DNA from: Octopus vulgaris
Taxonomy: Eukaryota
Length of the DNA stretch: 64,000 nt
Direction of reading: 5' to 3'
NCBI GenBank assembly: GCA_951406725.2
Contig: OX597821.1
Coordinates: 105,524,001 to 105,588,000, forward strand
The notes under the pieces were generated by a model. It was given only the letters and a program-made list of their open reading frames with translations, was not told where the DNA came from and did not search any database. Below, in pieces: positions 54,530 through 64,000 of the stretch (within the stretch, counting starts at the first letter, position 1; every line of letters begins with the position of its first letter). The position numbers and the translations under genes are program-made.

Positions 54530-54669
54530 TGCAATAGATACATTCATGTATATATATATATGTATATATGTGAATATTATATATATATATATGTATGTAT
54601 ATGTGTGTGCGTATACATAAACATATGTATGCATATATACATGTATAGCTATCTATATGAGTATATAGA

Positions 54670-54717
<48 letters not shown>

Positions 54718-55289
54718 TGTATATATATATATATGTATGTATATACATGTGTATGTTTCCTAATGTATATATGTGTGTATGAGTAAGCGTCTATCGTCTC
54801 TGATTTGAATGTCATCGACCACTATTTAGGATTCGGTCACGTGAGAGGCCAGCACATTGAATTAGCATGAAATGGGAATACTGCATAGAGACGTAGACAC
54901 GAGTACCATTAAACTTATTGTCAATATTTTGCCTTTTATGTCTGCTGTTTTCTACTCTTCGTTGTTAAGATGGTTTACAGAAATGCTGCTATTCACACTC
55001 ATGAATTGTCTGGCTGTAACACAGAAAAGTGAAATGAATTTATTGTTGAATCTGATATGAAGTGTTGCTTTCTATACTCGTATAAGATTTTGAAGAGTCC
55101 TTGTGATTCAAAAGATCTAAATAAGAGGTTTCGATATGCAGTTTTTTTGGAACGTGGCTTAACTTTTGAGACAATGCTGCTCGTTTTCATTCTGGCTAAC
55201 GATTAGTTCTATTGCTTTGGAGAGGCAAAACTATAAAGTTTGTGACTAGGGCGTAGACATGGCTATAGGCGCACTGGTGGCTGTGTGGC

Positions 55290-55986
55290 CAGACGTTTTA
55301 TTCCTCCTTTTATTCCTCCAGACGTGGATTCCTCCTTTTCGCCTTCGGCCCAGTGCGTACATGCTGCCAACAAAGCGCGCGGAATTCTGTTTTTGATTCG
55401 ACGGTCATTCGGAATGCTCACAGCAGCCATATTCCTGCCACTCTATGTCACGCTGGTGAGACCCATATTGGAGTATGGGATTCAAGCCTCTTCTCCTTAT
55501 CTCCTCAAAGACATACAGCACCTCGAAAGAGTCCAGAGGCTGGCTACCCGCATGGTTCATGGTCTCAAAAATTTGTCCTACGAAGAAAGGCTGAGGACGC
55601 TCGACCTTTGTTCTCTTGATAAACGCCGCCGCCGTGGTGATCTCATTCTCGCCCACAACATCATAAGCGGGAAGTGTAACCTCTCGAAAGAGCTGTTTTT
55701 CACTCCTGCTCCGGAGCGTCGGCTGCGGGGTCATTCCGAAAAGCTCTACCTGCGACGATTTCATCTCAATCGAAGGAGAGGAGCTTTCTCCGTCCGGGTT
55801 GCGGATCCGTGGAACAAGCTGCCAGACGAGATGGTGAAGATGCCGACGACCGCTTTGTTCAAAGCCTCCCTGGACCTCAAGTGGCCTGAACTCTTTACAT
55901 GAACACCACCCTGTACTTAAATCCATGTCCCCCTACATGGCCTTGCTATTTGCTTTTGAGCCAAATTAACTAACTAACTAACTAAC
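55290..55986 (+). mobile_element. CR1-clade LINE 3' fragment, apparently inserted in a SINE head
   Basis: Intact C-terminal ORF2: LYVTLVRPILEYG..LERVQRLATRMV.GLKNLSYEERL..RRRRGDLI..RGHS.KL..FS.RV...WN.LP..FKASLD. Short 3'UTR and (TAAC)n tail. Preceded by gtggctgtgtgg. Confidence 0.9.
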
Positions 55987-56149
55987 ATTCCAAACCACAA
56001 AGCTTCGGAAAGAAATGCTTTCTGTTATAGCTTCTGGATTGAATTGGCTATGTGCTGGTCTATGTGTGTGTGTGTGTGTGTGTGCGTTAAGCTCTCACCA
56101 GCGCTTGTCCACTGGAGTTCGTTCGGTTCTATCCGGCTTCTTCTTCTTC

Positions 56150-56339
56150 ATTAGCATCATCATCATCATCATAGTCATCATCATCATCATAATCATCATC
56201 ACCATCATCGTCATCATCATCATCATCATCTTCATCATTATAGTCGTCATGATAGTCATCATCACCGTCATCAAAGTCACCATCATCATCATCATCAACA
56301 TCATCATCATTATAGTCGTCATGATAGTCATCATCATAG

Positions 56340-56377
<38 letters not shown>

Positions 56378-56423
56378 GTCATCATCATCGTCATCATAGT
56401 CGTCACATCATCATCATCATCAT
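56150..56423. repeat. Degenerate (ATC)n microsatellite
   Basis: Source of the poly-I/poly-M ORFs. Confidence 0.95.
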
Positions 56424-57255
56424 CGACCTCTGAACATTACTGTCTCGACTCGTAGAATTCATATAGTCAAGTAACCCGATTGTATGCCAAATAAATGAGG
56501 AATATCACAACATTCCCACTGATCGGAACACTTATCTACAACCTAAGCGACAGGAGATACGTAAAGTGAAATGTTTCAAAAAACAAAAGGACAAAATGTA
56601 CTTCCTGATACGGGAACGGAAACTGCGATCTGGGGATCGTAAATACAGAACCCAAACCACTAAGCCACTTGCCTCCACCACAGCATTGTTGTTTCCTGAG
56701 ATTCCATCGCAAAGATTAGATAAAATCAAAGATAAATTTGTGGAAGCTTACTGAAACACAACGGTCGAACCACAAACACGCTGTTTCCAATCATATTATT
56801 TAACCACTTTGCCATATCTGTGAAGTTAGACAGATATATCGTGCATGAGCGACGTTACAATTACGAATCAATACCCGGCGTCTAGGACTGTAGATATTTA
56901 GTTCACTTTTATTTGTCATTGATCTCTAATCCAGTTATTGATCCGTCATTAACGTTTTGAATGTAATTATGGGTTATTACTTATCTCTTTGTTGATTTGA
57001 TATTGGTTGTTGTTGTTGTTGTTGTTCTTTGCTAAGACTTTCTTAGAATTGGATAATTAGTAGGTTTGAAGAGCAAAACGAAATGTGTTTCGTCTAATGA
57101 TATGAGATTAATGCTAGAATTTAAATGACATCATATCGATCAACTAGGAGAAATCTATGGTCTGTTGATATCGCTGCAATGAGGCGGCATCTAGTACAGC
57201 TGCTGCTGTCGTGAATACCAACATCATCACCGCCGCCGCAGCAGCAGCAGCTGCA

Positions 57256-57618
57256 GTGGAGGCGCAATGGCCCAATGGTTAGGGCAGCCGACTCGCGGTT
57301 TCGATTCCCAGACCGGTCGTTGTGTGTGTTTATTGAGCGAAATCACCTAAAGCTCCACGAGGCTCCAACAAGGGGTGGTGGGGTGGCGACCCCTGTTGTA
57401 ATCTTTCACTCCAACTTTCTCTCACTCATTCTTCTTGTTTCTTGTCTCCGACTTCCTACGCAACCGCTGAGCCTGGATGCGCATTCATCCATCTGTCGGT
57501 GCTCTCGGTGTCGGGGGTTGACCTGCTTTCTCCTTCTTACTCCGCTCTTGCGAATAGCAAAGGACTACGTTTCGGACTTCTCCCATCTTGTGAGCTCTGG
57601 GATGAAGACCGTTCGCTC

Positions 57619-57620
<2 letters not shown>
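57256..57620 (+). mobile_element. tRNA-derived SINE (second family), followed by (AAC)n
   Basis: gtggaggcgcaatggcccaatggttagggcag..gtttcgattcccagacc matches the 47295 head. Confidence 0.72.
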
Positions 57621-57672
<52 letters not shown>

Positions 57673-57859
57673 AACAACAACAACAACAGCAACAGCAGCA
57701 GCAGCAGCAGCTGCAGATGATGTTGAAGGCGTTCATGATGCTGCCTCTGCTGCAGCTGGTGCCGTTGTTGCTACTGCTACTGCTGATGTTTTTGATGATG
57801 ATGATGACGGCGACGACGACGACCTGGCAAGGACTGCTTCTTGTTCTAGCGTATTTGAC

Positions 57860-58260
57860 GACCCACTGCCTGAGAAAGTTTTCTCCTTTATGATCTATGT
57901 ACGACATGTGTATCAATCTTCTGAAGCATATATGCGCAAATGCCCTTCACTCCATACCAACTATCACAACGAAGAGGGTTCCAGTTAATCCGATCAACGG
58001 AAAAGCCTGGTTATGAAATTAACGTGGAAGTGGCCGCGTACTCCACAGTTACTCCTACCCTCAACGTATTTCCCAGGGCAAATGAGCCTCACACAGAATC
58101 TGACAAGGCTGGTTCTTTGAAATACAGGTACTACTCAGTTTTGCCAGCTGAGTAGACTAGAGTAAAGTAAAATATAGTCCGGCACAAGAACTCAATGCGT
58201 TGCCAGGAATTGAACTCCCGACCTTACGAGCGCTGGCCAAATATGTTGACCACTAAGCCA
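57860..58260 (-). mobile_element. Probable tRNA-derived SINE
   Basis: Minus-strand head tggcttagtggtcaac..ggtcgggagttcaattcctgg (A/B boxes). Left boundary uncertain. Confidence 0.55.
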
Positions 58261-59094
58261 TTTACTTTCACATGTCAACTAAATGAATGCTTAAAGAGAA
58301 ACCAAATTACACAAATTGATTATGTAAAGGACAAAAAACTGAGATACCCAAATTTATTCAACCAAACATGAAAAGAAGAGGCAAACACCTATCATATACA
58401 GGCATAAGCTCAATCAGACCAAATGCTGTGTTATATCAGCATAGTGGAGTGTACATTTAAGCAAAGTCATTTCACAAACATATTTATACATTTTCATTGA
58501 TTAAAAGGTCTACATACCGAGACATGTTAGAAGTTATAGAAGACTGAAAGATAGTATGACTGCATCTATCTTGTATGCACTCGAAAACACCGGTTATTCG
58601 ATAAGCTCTTGCGCCAAAGCTATCCCCAAAAACAAAATGTCACTTTTAAGTGCCATCCATAATTAGACAAATGTCAATATTTATATACAAGGTAGCCATA
58701 TAATTCCCCTTTCTTAATCATGTTGATAGATGAATTTAATGTGTGGGAAAATATCATAATTCTATCATTGAGATAATTTAAATACATTGCTTTATGTTTG
58801 CTCTTTCAGATTAATCTCTAAATAGTTTTGCTGTCATCTTATACACTCAGGGTATATTTCAAACGAAGCAGGTTATCTGTTTGTCAACGGATCAAGATTT
58901 TCGCTCTACGGAAACATACATTTCCAAACATAATTCTCACGTTCTAATATCTCGTAAATCTCAAGCAATGCTTTCATCACGAACCATATAAAATGATTTC
59001 CTTTACAATACATTTTAAAAGTGACACGACCCAATAATTATTTCGTCATCAGTACGTTTTACCCTGCTTCGAACTGATCCGAAGTTGTTTCGTT

Positions 59095-59156
<62 letters not shown>

Positions 59157-59949
59157 TCTAAATCCAAATATGGAATCCCGTTTTCGAAAACAGGTTGGGA
59201 TCAACTTCTAACTCATCTTTCAGTTCATCTCATGACATGCTTGCAGTTGTGACTGCTTCTGATTTTCTATGAGAAACCGAGGCAGACATTTTGCTGCAAG
59301 TCTTTTCCTTCGCGATTCCTCACTGAAAATTCATTGGCAGAAACTAGAGGACACACCAATTATATTAATAAGTTCGTCAATTGTTCAATGACCGTTCTCT
59401 AAAACCAGTTCATGAATTTTCATGATCTTCCTTTGTTCGGATTTGTCCCACAGAGAACGTTTATGGTTACCTTTGGGTACCTCCTCGTATAGGGCATTAA
59501 CCAGATTTTACTTTGTACAATAACCGACATAAATAGTATTGATAAATTGTAGCAGGAAGAAGATTTGGTAGACAACAGTTAAAATGATTCATAAAGTATC
59601 TTTGTTCCATCTATGTGGGATTTCATATCATGGACCAATCATGTCACTCCGGTGACATATCTATTAACATGCTTTTATGGAAGATATATTTGACGTCTTT
59701 ATTTGACACATAAAAACATATGTTTTGGTTTTTAGTTCAGTGTAAATATATACCCCTCACAAACACATACACACAGGCGTGTATGTGAGTGTGGGGAGCC
59801 AAAAAAAAAAAACTTAAAATAATATGCGTAAAAATCAAGACAGACTGAATTCGCACACGGGATAGCGACAAAATCAGAATTTTTCATGTGGCTTTTGAAA
59901 GAAGGAAATGATTTAAGAGCTATATTGTTTAGCAGATTTGCTTTCCTGA

Positions 59950-60675
59950 AAAAGAGGATGAAAGTCACCAGAAACGCTTACGAAAAAGGCAAAAAGGTTA
60001 ATCCAGCAACGTCATCATGTGGTGTTGATCTTTAGGTTTGATTCGTGTCTGATAGAGCAGTGAAAGAATGTTATTTTCTCGGACGAGTCATCATTTACAT
60101 TATTTCCGACCACCGGCCGAGTATAAGTGTGGAGTGGGCCAAAAGTGGCAGTTGACCCAGACTGCGTTCTTCCAAATGATACACATGGAGGGGGATCTTT
60201 GATGATCTGGGAGGTGGATATCTTGGAAATCCGCCAATCTGATGGTTTCTTTTCATGGCAGAATTAATAGTCAAGACTATTTAAGCATTTTATCTTATCA
60301 AATTCATCCCAAGGCTCAGAAACTGTTTCCGGAGAGAAACATAATCTTTCAGGATGATAATGCACCAATTCACGGCACGAGAAGCGTTCTACTTAAGTTG
60401 AACATCTTATCTGGCCACCACATTCCCCAGATCTCAATATTTCTGATCATTTACGGTGCATTTTAGACAAACAAGTAAGGAATTGATATCCTTCGCCATT
60501 ATCACTACAATAACTGCAAGCTGTTTCAGTTGAAGAATGAACAAACATTCCTTTGGAAACAATTGAAACTTTGTATGAGTCCATACCTCCTAGAATTCAA
60601 GCTATAGTGCTACCCCATATTAAGATCAATTTGTTTGAAATTTTACGGAGTTTCACTTATTTTGTCAAACCTTTG
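59950..60675 (+). mobile_element. Tc1-family transposase remnant with right TIR
   Basis: VIFSDESSF..HGGGSLMIW..IFQDDNAPIH..WPPHSPDLN with stops and frameshifts. Ends gtttcacttattttgtcaaacctttg|TA. Confidence 0.85.
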
Positions 60676-62633
60676 TATATATATATATAAAGTGAGTTCA
60701 AACAAGAAACCCCCCGCCCAAAAAAAAAACACAGCAACGCGGTTTGTGTGTGTGTGTGTGTGTAATGTGTGTGAGCGTGTTTTATGTGTGTGCAATTTTG
60801 TGTGTATTTCTGAAATACATTCCTATGCGTATCCCCCAAACTCACTCGTTTCTTCCTCCTTAAGTCCCTCATAGAACAGTACCCCACCTCTACCCTAACC
60901 CAGATCTTTTCCTCTTTCCACTCCTTTTCATCTGTCGTAATATTCTTTTACACGCATACATTAATTCTCCGCTCAGTGACTAGCATCGGTATCGCTAGTG
61001 ACTGAGGCTGTCTGAGTAACCGTGGGCATGTGTAAGCGGGCTATTATGAACATCATTTACCCTAGAATAGTTCCCTGGTGGACGCCACTATCTACATGAA
61101 TATGCATTTTTGTGTGTGTCTGTTTTCGTGTTCGTGTGTGTTTTTCTATGTTTATATTCGTGAGTGTAAGACATGTTGCCTATTAGTTTGTCACCTGTAT
61201 CCAAGATGATACCTGAAGTTCTTTGCAAGTTATTTATTGCTTAGCAGGTTTCAACGAGGAAGTACTTTGATCTCACATATTTCCTAACCACACACTACAG
61301 ACAAGTTTGCTTCTAACAATGTGGATATATAAATTATTGTAACACAAGAGGCTTTCAGCAAATCTACGAGACAGAGTCCTCTCCCGCGTAAAGGCAAGCG
61401 TAAAGAATACATAATTGAAAAAAAGTAGCAAAACAGCTAAAGTGTAAATGTAAAAGACATAAAAACGAGATTCTGCATTAAAAATAATGAAGCAAAAATA
61501 AATCGACCAACCTGTCATTAAAGATAACGGAAATTATCTTTAGAGACTCTTTCTTTTTCATTTCTTTCTAATTCTCTGTCTTCTTTTGTTTACGTCTCTC
61601 AATATTATGTCTTTCAGTTTCCTAGAATTCGATGGACAGTAATTTCTAATTTGTTTGAGCGACGGCGGTGTTAATTTTCAGCCATCGCCTTTCTTTCGGT
61701 TTTGTATTTTTTATGAACTATTTACACAGTATTTCACATTCCTAAAGACATAATGACTTCTGATCCTCGTCAAGACGTCAGGCTACTGATTTTGCACATA
61801 AAGAATTTGTGAAGATAAGCAGAGACGGCGCGATGTCTATTGTTTACATGTTTAATAAATGACTAATGTTGCCAGAATCACATTATTTTAGTAGCAGTAA
61901 TCGTTTCTGGTCAAGGGTAGTTTCTAGTAAGTGTTCGATTCTCAGTTGTAAATGATTCAGTATTCCACACATTACATTTATGGTTTTCAAGGTGTTTTAC
62001 CATAAATTTTACCCTTACTGTATCACTCTTATGAATTTGAACCCTCAAGTTAATGACTGGTTATGTGTGTCCTTATCACTTCGGACGTATAAAAGCCTAA
62101 TGTAAAACTTTAACGGACAACTAACCAACAAATAGTCCGTTCGAAACCTTTCAATAAAACAGACATTTGCCTATACAAAGCATATTTTTCATTGCTATTT
62201 CTTGATCAAATATCTCGACCCTATAACGAACTATATCATTGCACTCTTCACGACTGTTGCATTAACTCAAAATGAAAACTTACATTTAAATCTTTGTATT
62301 CTTAAACTGTGCATTTCTGTAGCAAATCACGTATTGCCTCGTAAGTACTAATGCAACTACCTCAGGCTATACTTAAATAATGAATATGAAAACATTTCTT
62401 TTGTAGATAATTGAATCAAATGGAGTGCATCATGTCTAAATTGTTATATTGACACTTGCTGAAAATGAAACTAAATTCCGGAAGGTATTTACATCGGAAA
62501 CAATAGAGACGAAACTAAAAGTAGTCAAATATTTCTGTGTTATTAACATATTAATATAGAATCTACATTAACTGTAGTAATGGCATGCCCTGTCGGTTAA
62601 GCAACATGATATCACGATTGGTTCATTACTTTT

Positions 62634-62674
<41 letters not shown>

Positions 62675-63654
62675 ATATATATATATTGTATGTTTGTTGC
62701 GTTGTATTTCATATATATATATGTGTGTGTATGTGTGTGTATATATATATATATATGCATGTATGTTTGTAGCGCTTGTATTTCATATTTTAGAATATTT
62801 AATATGAAACAAATCTGTTTAATCAATTTTAGTCTCAGATATTTATTGTCAGTGTTAGTACATTTACAATATTTCCAAAACATAATAAGTAATTAGAGAG
62901 AGAAAACCTCCTAATATTTATTGATACGAAATAGCAGAAGGTAATGGCCATAGACTACATTCTCCTATAAAGGACGTACGGGAAGTGAGAGGTGTTAAAT
63001 CGGTTAAGGCATAAAGCATTCAAATTTTACATTGATAGTGGTATACAACAGCTTAATTATGGTCTACTTGATTTTTTAAAACTTTTTAACAAAAGAAATT
63101 ACACTAGATCTTTCCTTTGATATTTATAAGAAACATCGCCCCTTCAAAACATCAGTGGCGTAAGCTTTTAGTACAGATTTGCATATGATTACATACGTAC
63201 ACATATGCAATCGTATATACACATATGTAAATGCGTCTCTATAAATGTGAGTATATATGATTATATACGTGTAAATTATAAGTATGTATGCACATGTAAT
63301 TATATATATATGTCCATATATATGAGTAGTATTTTTTTATCTACTAAATGAATCAACTGCCGGCAGTCGTTAAGAGAACAAACACACAACTACATACATA
63401 CATACCAGTACACACACACACACACACACACACATACACATAAATACGTACATATATCTGTGTGTAAGGAGGCATATCATCCGTTGTTAGTGCTGTAGAG
63501 AGAAAGAGAGACAAAGGTATTGACATATTTGCACTCAATCTTTTTACTCTCCGTTTTTTTTATTATTAATCAAAAAGAAAAAAAAAGAAAAAAAAAAAAC
63601 TAAATTGATAACGCATTGATATAATGGCTGCGAAAACAAAACAATGAAAATAAT

Positions 63655-63685
63655 ATTAATAATAATAATAATAATAATAATGATA

Positions 63686-63772
<87 letters not shown>
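63655..63772. repeat. (AAT)n microsatellite
   Basis: Trinucleotide run with a few GAT interruptions. Confidence 0.97.
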
Positions 63773-63773
<1 letters not shown>

Positions 63774-64000
63774 GTATATAAAATCGAAGGCAAACTACGT
63801 GATTAAAGATCCTTGAAAGTTTATTTGAATAGATATCAAGCAGCGTTTGCTGAAGTATTATAATGTGGAGATAATAACTAGCGAAATAAATGATAGATTA
63901 TAGAGAATACATAAATACTGAAAACTATTAATGATATAAAAAAAATATCATATACACTCACTCTCTCGTTGTTCATCTACTCCTCTTATATTTCATATCG

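Noticed and set aside
59160-59430. Possible antisense mariner remnant
   Set aside because: Too degenerate to recover a transposase motif or TIR.

Overview
AT-rich, microsatellite-dense eukaryotic DNA. The repeat content resembles a coleoid cephalopod (Octopus-like) genome, which is my inference. No host protein-coding gene can be supported, and almost all short ORFs are microsatellite artefacts. The window is dominated by transposable elements. There are two 5'-truncated Penelope-like retroelements (RT plus C-terminal GIY-YIG, Naiad-type Cys motifs) at 1550-6450 (+) and 40252-44433 (-). At least five non-coding fold-back (inverted arm + tail) elements sit inside (TA)n tracts. Other elements are a Tx1/L1-group LINE in (TCTA)n with a duplication of at least 72 bp on its flanks, RTE and CR1 LINE 3' fragments, a decayed Chapaev3-type transposon, a Tc1 remnant, a non-autonomous Helitron, several tRNA-derived SINEs and a 16-bp minisatellite. 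The main hidden signal is a set of type I hammerhead ribozyme motifs from five unrelated element families (nine copies plus one half motif). Most occur as head-to-head pairs in the fold-back arms, and three families carry a greatly enlarged stem II.
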